Positions 54,157 to 64,000 of a stretch of DNA of 64,000 nt are shown one piece after another. Below the pieces are notes generated by a model that searched no databases, was not told the origin of the DNA, and saw only the letters and a list, made by a program, of their open reading frames with translations. The stretch's first letter is position 1; each line of letters begins with the position of its first letter. Location of the stretch: NCBI GenBank assembly GCA_042408215.1, contig JAYFMW010000005.1, positions 544,001 to 608,000 of the forward strand. The letters are read 5' to 3'. The DNA is from Microcoleus sp. Its GTDB lineage: Bacteria; Cyanobacteriota; Cyanobacteriia; Cyanobacteriales; Microcoleaceae. Both the position numbers and the translations under genes were made by a program.

Positions 54157-56271
54157 TTGAGAGTGATGCTCTACAATAACGAAATGCTTCCTACGTTAAG
54201 TTTACAAAGCAGCCCGAGAAGTATTAACATTCTTCTTTATAAGCTGTTATCCTTGCGTAGGCTTGAATACCTGGCAGTCGATCGACAACTCAATATTCAA
54301 GAAATATCTTTGAAAGTGCAAGAGTTTGCCGAGGTTCCTGATGCGGTAAAAATCGGAAAAGATGTGCGCGAAAGTTTTCCAGAATTAATAGGAATGGAAG
54401 AAATTCTTAATGATATCCTGGAAGAAAGGCAGCCAAATTTTCAGTTAAAATCAATTATGCGCGTTCTCAATAACGGTGCTTTTTTATATCTAGATTTGTA
54501 CATTTTTGGGGATAGAGAATATCAAAATCATGAGAGAATAATAATTGTTTACGAGGACGTAACAGACAGTATGGCAGCTCATCAAAGCATGGTTCAGCAC
54601 GCCAACGAAAACAGTATTAAAGTCGATAACTTAGCTACGGCTCGTGATTATATTGAGAAAATTATTAACTCGCTAGGTGATGTTTTATTAGTAACATCTG
54701 GATCTGGAAAAATCAAAAAAGTCAATCAATCTGCACAACTATTATTTGGCTATAGCGAATCGGAATTAATCGGTCAACCGATATCAATGATTACTACTGG
54801 CGAGGAATTGCTACGTCAATTCAGCCAGCTACCTCCTGCACTTAAAAGCGAATCTTGGCATCAGGTAAGGGTAGTTTGCCAAACTAAAACAAGTTCAAAG
54901 CTGACGATCGCCTTTTCCTGTTCTACTATCGAAACAAGTATAGAAAGCAAGAGCGCATCCAGCGCCGCCATACAAGATTTTGTCTATATCGGTAGGGATA
55001 TTACGGAGCAGCAGCGCACCAAAAATCGTCAGAAAGCACAGTATGCTCTCACTCGCATCTTGTCAGAATCGAATTCTCTAGAGAGCATAATTCAGAAAAT
55101 TTTGCAAGCTATATGCGAAAATTTGGGGTGGGATGTAGGCGAACTTTGGATGCCCGTTACAAATGAGAAAGAAACTAGATTTGGTCCAGAAAAAAGGTGT
55201 GAAAAACAGCCGTTATGCTCCCCAGTGTGCTGTCATGTTGAGAAAAATATTGTTTTGTGGCGGGTGGGAGTTTGGCAAGGAATAGCTGAAGTTGGAAGTT
55301 TTATTGAAAGTAGCGAGCAGATTACTTTTGCTCCGGGTATGGGTTTACCGGGAGCAGTTTGGAAAAGCGGTTATCCGCACTGGATTACTGATCTAGTTAA
55401 AGATAGCAATTTCGTGCGATCGCACTTAGCTAAGCAAGTGGGACTACGATCGGGTTTTGCTTTCCCCATTCACGCTAGCGGTCAAGTTGTGGGAGTAATG
55501 ACTTTTTTATGTCAAGAAGAAAAGCCCCCGGATCAAGATTTGCTTCAGATGATGGCTGCTGCGGGTTCCCAATTGGGCGAGTTTTTGAAGCGTAAATATG
55601 CCGAAAAAGAATTGCAGGAAGCAGAAGCTTCAATCCGAATTTTGTACGAACAGGAGAAACGGCAAAGCGAAGAATTGCAAGAGAAAAATTTAGCTTTAGA
55701 ACAGGCCAAATTAGAGTTAGAAGCTGCTAACCGGGAATTGCAGCGGATCGCGTCTGTAGACGGCTTGACTAAGATTGCCAACCGCCGCTGTTTTGACAAA
55801 ACATTGGAGTTGGAATGGCAGCAAATGAATAGAGATAAACAAGCCCTGTCTTTAATTTTGTGTGACCTCGATTTTTTCAAACTTTACAATGATAATTGTG
55901 GGCATCAAGCAGGTGACGAATGTTTAAAACAAGTGGCTGAGATTTTAAAGAGAAATGCTCAGCGGGCTGGAGATTTAGCGGCCCGCTACGGTGGCGAAGA
56001 ATTTGCGGTAATTTTGCCGCGGACTGATGCTAGTGGTGCCCGGCGGGTAGCTGAATCAATTCGTAGCGATTTGAAAGCCGCGGCAATTTATCACCCTGGT
56101 TCAAAAGTAAGTAAGTTTGTGACTATCAGTATGGGCGTTGCTAGTGCTGTGTCAGGTAATCAATTATCCGTTGAGGAGATAATTTTGGCTGCCGATCGCT
56201 CCCTTTACCAAGCTAAGCTAGAAGGGCGCGATCGCATAGTTGGCATCAATTATTCAAAGAGTTCTAAATAG
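54157..56271 (+). CDS. Diguanylate cyclase (PAS-GAF-GGDEF)
   Basis: PAS NQSA..LFGYSESELIG; GAF GLPGAVW; DGLTKIANRR; RYGGEEF. The start may be 54184. Confidence 0.93.
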   Translation: MRVMLYNNEMLPTLSLQSSPRSINILLYKLLSLRRLEYLAVDRQLNIQEISLKVQEFAEVPDAVKIGKDVRESFPELIGMEEILNDILEERQPNFQLKSIMRVLNNGAFLYLDLYIFGDREYQNHERIIIVYEDVTDSMAAHQSMVQHANENSIKVDNLATARDYIEKIINSLGDVLLVTSGSGKIKKVNQSAQLLFGYSESELIGQPISMITTGEELLRQFSQLPPALKSESWHQVRVVCQTKTSSKLTIAFSCSTIETSIESKSASSAAIQDFVYIGRDITEQQRTKNRQKAQYALTRILSESNSLESIIQKILQAICENLGWDVGELWMPVTNEKETRFGPEKRCEKQPLCSPVCCHVEKNIVLWRVGVWQGIAEVGSFIESSEQITFAPGMGLPGAVWKSGYPHWITDLVKDSNFVRSHLAKQVGLRSGFAFPIHASGQVVGVMTFLCQEEKPPDQDLLQMMAAAGSQLGEFLKRKYAEKELQEAEASIRILYEQEKRQSEELQEKNLALEQAKLELEAANRELQRIASVDGLTKIANRRCFDKTLELEWQQMNRDKQALSLILCDLDFFKLYNDNCGHQAGDECLKQVAEILKRNAQRAGDLAARYGGEEFAVILPRTDASGARRVAESIRSDLKAAAIYHPGSKVSKFVTISMGVASAVSGNQLSVEEIILAADRSLYQAKLEGRDRIVGINYSKSSK

Positions 56272-56392
56272 TTAAGTTTTATGAAAAATAACTACTATAT
56301 TTATGGGAAAATGATCTTGGTAAAATAACCACAGAGACAGACAAAAAACCCAAAAATCTAAAAGTAATTTAAGCGAGGGAAAGGAGTATTTT

Positions 56393-56923
56393 TTGATGAT
56401 TGTGAGACCTGCAAAAATCGCTGACGCACCTGCAATTGCACGGGTTAATATAGATACTTGGCGGACAGCTTACCGGACAATTGTACCAGCAGATTACCTG
56501 GAAAATTTTTCCTATGAACAGCGAGAAAGCAGTTGGCTAGAAATCCTTGTGAAAGCTGAAAATACCGTAAATTTTGTGTATGTTGCTGAGAACAAGTCAG
56601 GAAAAATTGTGGGTTTTGCTGCGGGCGGTCGGGAGCGAATGGGCAAATATATGTATCAAGGAGAATTATTTGCTATCTATATTTTGGAGGAATATCAACG
56701 TCAAGGTATCGGGCGCAAACTAGTGGGCTGCGTTGCAGCAAAATTAGCTGATTTAGATTTGAATTCGCTACTGGTTTGGGTGCTAGGAGACAATTCAGCC
56801 TGTAGGTTTTATGAAGTTTTAGGAGGTGAGAAAGTTGACGAACTGCAAACAAGCAGAGCCGGAGTTATACTTAAGGAAATTGCCTACGGGTGGACAGACA
56901 TAGCAGTGCTGAAAAGCACCTAA
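56393..56923 (+). CDS. GNAT acetyltransferase
   Basis: QRQGIGRKL and N.A..FYE..G motifs. Confidence 0.92.
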   Translation: MMIVRPAKIADAPAIARVNIDTWRTAYRTIVPADYLENFSYEQRESSWLEILVKAENTVNFVYVAENKSGKIVGFAAGGRERMGKYMYQGELFAIYILEEYQRQGIGRKLVGCVAAKLADLDLNSLLVWVLGDNSACRFYEVLGGEKVDELQTSRAGVILKEIAYGWTDIAVLKST

Positions 56924-56949
56924 AGGCAACCTAAAAATTTGATGTTGTG

Positions 56950-58017
56950 TCAACCATTTTTCAAACTGCCCCGTTTCATTTGTTCCCGTTCAATTGCTTC
57001 AAACAGAGCCCGAAAATTTCCAGCCCCAAAACCTCCAGCTTGTACCTGTTTACCATTAACTAAGGCAACTCGACGCTCAATTATTTCAAAAAAGAAAGTT
57101 GGTTCGGCAAAAATTGGCTGCGTAAAGATTTGCAGCAGCATCGCTTCGGGAGTATCTTTTTGCCAATCCACCAAAACTTGAGAATCTGCAATTTCCGGCC
57201 AATCTGCCGGCAAATAATTTTGTCGCTGTTGCAATTCGGAGTAGTAAGTCGAGGGAACTGGCAGAAAAGGCAAACCGCGCGATCGCAAATCAGCAACAAC
57301 CCCCACAATCCGATCGGTTTGCAAAGCCATATGCTGAATTCCCGGCCCCTGATTTGCATCCAAAAACTCTTGAATTTGAGAATTAGGCGATGCCGATTCA
57401 TTAATCGGCAATTGCACCCCACCTTCAGCATGAACCATAACCCGACTTCGCAAAGCCGATTTCTCAGTCTGAATATCAAAATTTTGCTGCGGCTGAAAAC
57501 CTAATATTTTTTGATACCAATTAACAGCACTGTCCAAATCGCCCGTTTCCACATTTAACACTACGTGGTCAATATTGGTGAACAGCGGGAGCTCAGAAGA
57601 ATTTGGTGGCAGTGGATTCTCGCCAATTCGCTCTATCAGCGTGTGACTTAAATCTCCCCAGCCAGCAATTTTTGCCCATTTAAAACGGCCTCCGACCTTT
57701 AGACCTTTTTGAATCGGTTCGAGAACTTTCGCCCCCTCAGCCGCCGCTCTAGCTATTGCTAATTCAATATTTTTGACCCGGAAACTCACATCGGCAATGC
57801 CAGGAGGATGCAATTTCAACCAACTAGCGACGGGACTAGCGGGTGTCAGGGGGGAAGACAAAACAAAACAGATATTGCCGCTGTTCACAACTTCAGTGTG
57901 AGTGTGACTGTTTGAATAACCTGTTGTTGATTGAAAGCCTAATTTCCTGACAAACCAGTCCCGCGATACTGCTGCATCTTCAGTGTAAAAGTGAATGCGA
58001 TCGAACTCCATAATCAA
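56950..58017 (-). CDS. hppD: 4-hydroxyphenylpyruvate dioxygenase
   Basis: IDHVVLN, SQIQEFL..N.GPGIQH, LLQIFT and GFGAGNFRALFEAIE motifs. Confidence 0.95.
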   Translation of the reverse strand: MIMEFDRIHFYTEDAAVSRDWFVRKLGFQSTTGYSNSHTHTEVVNSGNICFVLSSPLTPASPVASWLKLHPPGIADVSFRVKNIELAIARAAAEGAKVLEPIQKGLKVGGRFKWAKIAGWGDLSHTLIERIGENPLPPNSSELPLFTNIDHVVLNVETGDLDSAVNWYQKILGFQPQQNFDIQTEKSALRSRVMVHAEGGVQLPINESASPNSQIQEFLDANQGPGIQHMALQTDRIVGVVADLRSRGLPFLPVPSTYYSELQQRQNYLPADWPEIADSQVLVDWQKDTPEAMLLQIFTQPIFAEPTFFFEIIERRVALVNGKQVQAGGFGAGNFRALFEAIEREQMKRGSLKNG

Positions 58018-58195
58018 TAATTGAAAATGGCAAGTGGAAAATGGAAATTCAGCAGAGTTGCGACGAACAACCGCAAGGTATGGACTGAGGACTGGATAAT
58101 TTTCATGGGTTCCCGATCAATGCAACTAATAATAACCTAAAAATAGCAGCTCTGATGTCTTCCTGAAGACAGAATATCGGTGGGCTGCTTAATTT

Positions 58196-58903
58196 CTAGA
58201 AAAACAAATGACTTTCCGGCTGAATATTAATCTCCATTGGCACAGCTTGCGGGTCGGCAGAAAGAGCAAACATAATTGCATTAGCAGCAGTTTCTGTACT
58301 CAACATTTTTGACCTATCTACCTTCAAACTCACACGATCCCAAAAGGGAGAATCCACCCCACCAAAATAGAATAGCGTAAACTTAATGCCATAGCGCCGT
58401 AACTCATCGGCCATGCACTTGCTGAAACCAACTACGCCAAATTTTGAAGCACAATAAGCTGTTCCCATCGCCATCGAATGCTTGCCCAAAATTCCGATCA
58501 CATTGCAGATGTGGCCGACTTTGCGCTCTTTCATCACATTTGCTGCGGCTTGACAGGTGTAAAAACTGCCCTTCAAATTCAAGTCAAGCATGGCGTCTAA
58601 ATCAGCCGGTTCCAACTTGTTCCACTGTTTGAGAATGCCCGCACCGGCTGCATTTACCAGGGCGTCAATTTGTCCGAAATGCGCGACTGCTTTCTGCATC
58701 AGCGTCTCGACTTGCTGCAAATCGGTGATATCTGTAGGTACTGACAGCACCTCGGTTGTTGACAATTCGCCTGCTAAAGCGTCTAACCGACTGCTGTCTC
58801 TAGCTGCAAGCACTAGGGTTGCACCCGAAGAAGCCAGTTTGTGGGCCACCGCTGAACCGATGCCGCCCGTCGCACCCACAACAACCACAACTTTGTTCTG
58901 CAT
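58196..58903 (-). CDS. SDR family oxidoreductase
   Basis: GATGGIG, NAAG and YCASK motifs. Confidence 0.93.
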   Translation of the reverse strand: MQNKVVVVVGATGGIGSAVAHKLASSGATLVLAARDSSRLDALAGELSTTEVLSVPTDITDLQQVETLMQKAVAHFGQIDALVNAAGAGILKQWNKLEPADLDAMLDLNLKGSFYTCQAAANVMKERKVGHICNVIGILGKHSMAMGTAYCASKFGVVGFSKCMADELRRYGIKFTLFYFGGVDSPFWDRVSLKVDRSKMLSTETAANAIMFALSADPQAVPMEINIQPESHLFF

Positions 58904-59038
58904 ATCCGTTTACATTTCTTTATATCCTGTTTGTATGATAACTCAAGTTATGGGGAATGGGGAATGGGGAATGGGGCATGGCGAATTGGAGGCTGTTCCT
59001 CCAGATATGTATTCCCAGGAAAAACCTGGAAGACTACA

Positions 59039-59466
59039 ACTAACTAATGACTAATGACTAATAACTAATGACTACTGACTCATGACTACTGACTCATGAC
59101 TACTGACTCATGACTACTGACTCATGACTACTGACTCATGACTACTGACTAATGACTAATGACTACTGACTACTGACTACTGACTACTGACTACTGACTA
59201 ATGACTACTGACTATTGACTATTGACTACTGACTACTGACTAATAACTACTGACTAATAACTAATAACTAATGACTAATGACTACTGACTAATGACTACT
59301 GACTAATGACTAATAACTAATGACTAATGACTACTGACTAATGACTAATGACTAATAACTAATGACTAATAACTAATAACTAATGACTAATGACTACTGA
59401 CTAATGACTACTGACTAATGACTAATAACTAATGACTAATGACTACTGACTACTGACTAATGACTA
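59039..59466. repeat. Long STRR heptamer array (ACTAATG/ACTACTG/ACTAATA/ACTCATG), about 60 units
   Basis: Direct reading. Confidence 0.95.
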
Positions 59467-60876
59467 TTTTATAGAAACTTGCCAGCCTTTTTCGGCTTTT
59501 TTAAGCTGGAGAGAGTCGCAGGATTGTAAAAATTTAGGAAATTTTCTACTGAGATTAAAGTCCTTAATGATTTGGGTAATCTGTTGGCCGTATTGTTTGT
59601 GAAATTCGCTGCCTACATTTGAGAGAAATACATAATTTTCGGGAGAGTTGCCAGTTAAGTCTCTAACTATTTTGACAAGAGCTTTTTCCAAGTCTTCAAA
59701 AGAATTAATAGCTGTTAAGCTAGAAGGTGCTGCAATACTGTTGTTGAGAATCTCTGGATTGTTAAGGATTGGGGGTTTTGGGGACAATTTTACTTCAAAA
59801 ATAGTGACATAGGCTTGAGAAGTCTCTGAAGGTTTGTGAACGACAAACTCGGTCGGATATTTGAGAAAAATATCCCTGGTTTTAGTGCCTAGCAGGTGAG
59901 GAGCAACAACTTGATTGAGGGGTAAGCCGTAATTTTTTCTAAATAATGCTGAAATTGTCGAAAGTTTTACCCACTGATTTGAGGTGCGTTGTTGCTCTGT
60001 TTTGATTAACTGTTTTAACTGAATAACTAATTGTTCTATGGGGGGGATTTCTGGTTTAGATGTGAGGTAATGGGTTTCAAGTTGTCCGGTTCTGCTGTTT
60101 AAAACTATGATTTTATCTATTTGCTTGCGGACTTGATACACGGTTAATCCGTGGGCTTGAAGTGTATTGCTGAGGTGTGTTAGGGCTCGATCGGACGAAC
60201 AGACAAAAATTTCTTTGGCTGTGGGATAGTGTACGAAAATCGATGCTCCTACGGTAGCCATTTTTAAGTCGGCGCTGTCTTTTCCTGGGGGAACGTGAAT
60301 GAGTTGATAGCCACGTTCGTGAAATTCAGCATCTTTTTTGCCCATGCTGCGCCAATTGGCAAAGGCTACTTTGATTTGAATGGGATACAGGGAGATTCCC
60401 TCTAGGAATTTTTCTGTTTCGATGTTGAGTTGCAAGTTTTCGACATCTAGCAGCAGGATGGCAATCCCGACAGTAGGGGAGGCTGTTTGATGTGCTGGCG
60501 GATTTGGAAGTGTTGATGAAACTGAGTTATTTGATGTAGCTGCTGAATTTTGAGATTCGGCGAGTTGCTGAATTTTGGCAAATAATTTGCTGAATTGAGG
60601 CGAATTAATGAATTCTGGAATTAACAAAATTTCCAGGTATTTTTTGACCGTTAGCCGGAGCGAGTCTGTATCGATCGCTACTTTGAGGCGTTTTGTCAAT
60701 TTTCCAATCAAAATTGACTGAAAATCAGGTTTGGCCCACTGGGTTTTCCTGTATTTTTCAGCTATCCATTCGGGATGCTCGGACTGAATGGTAACTAGAG
60801 TGTGAGCGATATAGCGACTGATGGCGCTGACTGTGGCAGATTCTTGAGTCGCCAGCAAGGAGTTGTGAGCGGGCAT
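59464..60876 (-). CDS. NYN (LabA/DUF88-like PIN) domain protein with C-terminal OST-HTH/LOTUS-like domains
   Basis: LLLDVENL, GKDSAD, SSDRAL; WVKLSTIS and LSNVGSEFHKQYG helical repeats. Confidence 0.8.
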   Translation of the reverse strand: MPAHNSLLATQESATVSAISRYIAHTLVTIQSEHPEWIAEKYRKTQWAKPDFQSILIGKLTKRLKVAIDTDSLRLTVKKYLEILLIPEFINSPQFSKLFAKIQQLAESQNSAATSNNSVSSTLPNPPAHQTASPTVGIAILLLDVENLQLNIETEKFLEGISLYPIQIKVAFANWRSMGKKDAEFHERGYQLIHVPPGKDSADLKMATVGASIFVHYPTAKEIFVCSSDRALTHLSNTLQAHGLTVYQVRKQIDKIIVLNSRTGQLETHYLTSKPEIPPIEQLVIQLKQLIKTEQQRTSNQWVKLSTISALFRKNYGLPLNQVVAPHLLGTKTRDIFLKYPTEFVVHKPSETSQAYVTIFEVKLSPKPPILNNPEILNNSIAAPSSLTAINSFEDLEKALVKIVRDLTGNSPENYVFLSNVGSEFHKQYGQQITQIIKDFNLSRKFPKFLQSCDSLQLKKAEKGWQVSIK

Positions 60877-60915
60877 GGCTCTCCACCGTGGATGGTTTCT
60901 AAATGTACCATAATT

Positions 60916-62187
60916 TTAGTTGTTCGCTAGCAGTTGGACGATCGCCCGCCAAATCAAACCAGCGATAATTAACGCTAACCCAATCAGCCAAATTTGCCTC
61001 TGGACCCAGAAAGCCAGAAACAGACAGGAAGCTAAACCTACCACAGCTAGCCACTGGGGGTAAAGCCTTTCGGTGGGGGAAAGTTGCAGGGCGGCGAAGT
61101 TGGTAATGGCGTAGTAGATCAGAACGTTAAAAGCGCTAAATGACCAAGTGGTTTTGACATCGCCGATGAGGATTAAAAGTGCGATCGCAACTTCCACAGC
61201 CACCACAGCCACGTAAGGAGTTGTCCCAGAAGGGTTTAGCCGCGCCAAGACTCTCGGCATATCCAGGCGACGTCCCATCGCCAGCAAGATCCGCGACAGC
61301 CCTAAAATTAAGTTCAGCAGCACTCCCAGCATGGCGGTAATGGCACCGACAGCTAGCAGTTGAGAAACTCCCGGAATTCGGAAACTGCGGGCGATGACTT
61401 CCAAAGGTGCAGCAGTGGTGGCTGTTTGCAGGGACAATTTATCAACACCCCCCACGCCAACAAACACTATTGCTACCGCCACGTAAAGCAGCATTGTCAG
61501 CACCAAAGTTAAAATTATGGCTTTGGGAATGGTTTGCTGCGGTTCCCGCACTTCTTCGCCCATTGTGGCGATGCGGCCGTAACCGGTGTAAGCGACAAAC
61601 ATCAGGGCGGTAGCGTGGAGGATGGAGCCGCTCGAACTATCATTCTGTACAGTGGGCATTTCCCAGCTTACCTCTGGTAAACCAGCCACAACAAACACAG
61701 CCAGAGATAGGAGTGTCACTGAGACTATGGCAATATTGGCGATATTCGATCGCCTCATCCCCGTCAATACAATTAAAGTGAGAGTGGCGAGGGCGACCAA
61801 AGCAGTTAGGATGAGATCAGTGCGATCGGCAACACCAACTACATTCAAAAAATACCCGGCAAAACCCAAAGCAGCAGTAGCCGCCGAAGCCGTTTTAGCT
61901 AACAGAAACAGCCACCCCGCCGTAAAACCCAGCCAAGGATTCAGATATTTGTAACCATATTCATAAGTACCACCGCTAACAGGATGATTTGCCGCTAATT
62001 GAGCGCTGTTGAGGCCATTGCACACAGCAACTAAAGCAGCAATAGCCACAGCAATAATCACTCCAGAACCAGCAATTTCCGCGGCCATCCCGATACTCAC
62101 AAATACCCCAGTACCAAGGATTGAACCCAGACCCATCAGAGTAGCGCCGAAAACATCTAACTCTCGCTTAAGAAGTGGTGAAGACAT
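60916..62187 (-). CDS. APC family amino acid permease
   Basis: GSILGTG, SGGTYEY, AYTGY..IATMGEE motifs; ~12 TM segments. Confidence 0.92.
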   Translation of the reverse strand: MSSPLLKRELDVFGATLMGLGSILGTGVFVSIGMAAEIAGSGVIIAVAIAALVAVCNGLNSAQLAANHPVSGGTYEYGYKYLNPWLGFTAGWLFLLAKTASAATAALGFAGYFLNVVGVADRTDLILTALVALATLTLIVLTGMRRSNIANIAIVSVTLLSLAVFVVAGLPEVSWEMPTVQNDSSSGSILHATALMFVAYTGYGRIATMGEEVREPQQTIPKAIILTLVLTMLLYVAVAIVFVGVGGVDKLSLQTATTAAPLEVIARSFRIPGVSQLLAVGAITAMLGVLLNLILGLSRILLAMGRRLDMPRVLARLNPSGTTPYVAVVAVEVAIALLILIGDVKTTWSFSAFNVLIYYAITNFAALQLSPTERLYPQWLAVVGLASCLFLAFWVQRQIWLIGLALIIAGLIWRAIVQLLANN

Positions 62188-62373
62188 ATAGCCGAAGGAA
62201 GAAGGAAGAAGGAAATTGCAATTCCCCGTAATGGTATCAGGCCGGAAAGCCTGTTCGGTTCAAGATTAGATTTTGTGGTGTTAATCTGTAGGGTGCGTCG
62301 CTGTGAGATGTTGCATGGAACTTGCAGATTATCCGAGGGCGACGCACCTTACTTACCTAAGAAAGGCTATATA

Positions 62374-63225
62374 TTAACCGAAACGGCCTTGAATATAATC
62401 CCTGGTGCTCGAATTACTTGCAGAAGTAAAAATCCGACTTGTCGGCCCAAATTCAACCAGGCGGCCGATGCGACTTTCATCAGTATTAAAAAAAGCCGTG
62501 TAATCAGAAACGCGAGCCGCCTGCTGCATATTATGCGTCACAATCACAACAGTTAACTGCTGCCGCAGAGTCTGAAACAACTCCTCAATCTTCATAGTAG
62601 AAATCGGATCGAGAGCCGAACAAGGTTCATCCATCAGCAAAATTTTCGGCTTCACAGCTAGAGCGCGAGCAATGCAAAGTCGCTGCTGCTGTCCCCCCGA
62701 AATCCCCTGGGCAGATTTCTTTAAATTGTCTTTCACCTCATCCCAAAGCGCCGCACTTTTCAGTGCAGATTCCACAATTTCATCTAATTCTGCTTTGCTT
62801 TTGCGGCCAAAAATCCTGACTCCGTAAGCAATATTATCGTAGATGCTCAGGGGAAAAGGATTCGGTCTTTGAAACACCATCCCAATTTGGCGGCGCAAAC
62901 TATTAATGTTTACTTTCTGGCTGTAAATATCCTGTCCAAAAAACTCTACTCTTCCTTTAACTTGAACCTTTCCCTCCAATTCACCAATCCGGTTGAGAGC
63001 TTTGAGAAAAGTTGATTTTCCACAACCTGAAGGACCAATAATAGCCGTAACTTGCGGGTGAGGGATATTCATCGATAAATTTTCCAGAACTTTGTGAGTA
63101 CCATAATAAAAACTCAAGTCCTGAACCCGCAATGCTGGCATTGCATTGGGGTCAATTTCCGGGGTGGCATCTTCTAGGAATTGCTCTGTATATTTTTCGG
63201 ATTTCAAGTTAGTTTTAGGTTTCAT
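62374..63225 (-). CDS. pstB: Phosphate ABC transporter ATP-binding protein
   Basis: GPSGCGKS, FQRPNPFP, SGGQQQRLCIAR, DEPCSALDP and YIQGRFG motifs. Confidence 0.97.
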   Translation of the reverse strand: MKPKTNLKSEKYTEQFLEDATPEIDPNAMPALRVQDLSFYYGTHKVLENLSMNIPHPQVTAIIGPSGCGKSTFLKALNRIGELEGKVQVKGRVEFFGQDIYSQKVNINSLRRQIGMVFQRPNPFPLSIYDNIAYGVRIFGRKSKAELDEIVESALKSAALWDEVKDNLKKSAQGISGGQQQRLCIARALAVKPKILLMDEPCSALDPISTMKIEELFQTLRQQLTVVIVTHNMQQAARVSDYTAFFNTDESRIGRLVEFGPTSRIFTSASNSSTRDYIQGRFG

Positions 63226-63396
63226 TATTTGCCTGGTTATAGTGTTAATAGTTGACTCAGAAGATGTACAAGATTACCCGATGGTTCCTCATAGGTTTGT
63301 AGTGAGGAATTTAGTCCTCCTCTTTCTTGGTTTTAGTCGGGACTAAAGTCCTGACTACCAACAAATTTTACTATGATTAATTAACCGGAATTGATC

Positions 63397-64000
63397 TTAT
63401 TTATCATCTTGCAAGCGTTTGCGTGTTACCGCACGGGATGCGACGCTAGCAATCAAAACCATGCCCAAAAGGACAGAAGCCGCAGTCCACGCCAATTCGT
63501 TCTGCTCCTTGTAGGGAGAGCTGGCGTAGCTATATATTAATACTGACATAGAAGGAGTCGGAGTCAGCATTGTCTCTGGAATTTCTTGTAGTTTTGAGAT
63601 AGTTTCTGCACCAATGGGAGACTGAATTATCTCGCCCAATTTATCAACTAAAGGAGGCCAAAATTGACTCGATAACGCAGTTACAATCAGCGGTGCGGTT
63701 TCGCCGGCGGCGCGGGAAGCGGCTAGCAAAACCCCTGTGGTAATTGTTGGTAGTGCCGAGGGAATTATCATCCGAAAAATAGTTTGAAATCGTCCGGATC
63801 CCAAACCTCCCGAAGCGAGACGATAAGAAGTAGGCACTAATTTTAATGCTTGTTCTGTTGTCAATGCGACAACTGGAAGCATGATGATGCCGAGGGCAAA
63901 ACCGCCTGCTACTCCTGAAAATGCTTTGGTGGTAACGACAATTAGGGAGTAGGAAAAGACGCCAACTACGATGGAGGGAACGCTACTGAGAATGACGGTG
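63397..64000 (-). CDS. pstA: Phosphate ABC transporter permease (5' part outside the window)
   Basis: SVPSIVVG, LP..ITTG..LA..RAAGETAPL motifs; upstream of pstB. Confidence 0.93.
   Translation of the reverse strand, partial: TVILSSVPSIVVGVFSYSLIVVTTKAFSGVAGGFALGIIMLPVVALTTEQALKLVPTSYRLASGGLGSGRFQTIFRMIIPSALPTITTGVLLAASRAAGETAPLIVTALSSQFWPPLVDKLGEIIQSPIGAETISKLQEIPETMLTPTPSMSVLIYSYASSPYKEQNELAWTAASVLLGMVLIASVASRAVTRKRLQDDK

Noticed and set aside
62288..63358. Short REP-like inverted repeats flanking pstB (62288-62352 and 63300-63358)
   Set aside because: Ordinary cyanobacterial intergenic palindromes with no further structure.

Overview
Chromosomal window from a filamentous cyanobacterium. 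HIP1 GCGATCGC sites and heptamer STRR arrays are abundant; an Oscillatoriales/Microcoleus-like host is my inference. The core genes are fbp-tal-zwf-opcA, chlD, riboflavin synthase, pgeF, hppD, pstA/pstB, a sensor kinase and a GGDEF protein. Four accessory features stand out. (1) A ~10.5-kb segment is bounded by near-identical ~560-bp copies of the fbp promoter and 5' end. It holds an FBPase'/amidotransferase' chimera, an EamA transporter, a third diverged fbp-promoter copy fused to a thrB fragment, and a giant gene (~2470 codons) that the ORF track splits into pieces. That gene encodes 28-aa repeats, a subtilisin S8 domain, a hydrophobic pre-toxin segment and a putative nuclease tip, and is followed by an immunity-like gene. 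(2) A phage/plasmid-type DNA-binding gene sits between tal and zwf and carries the same 18-bp palindrome upstream of and inside its coding sequence. (3) Three protein-less IS200/IS605 guide-RNA elements (two TnpB-type, one IscB/HEARO-type) are stacked in the leader of a cpp1-like gene. (4) A decayed IscB transposon and nested IS630 elements are present. Several single-base frameshifts, including one in riboflavin synthase, may be sequencing errors, so pseudogene calls need checking against reads. All product calls come from motif recognition; no database searches were run.
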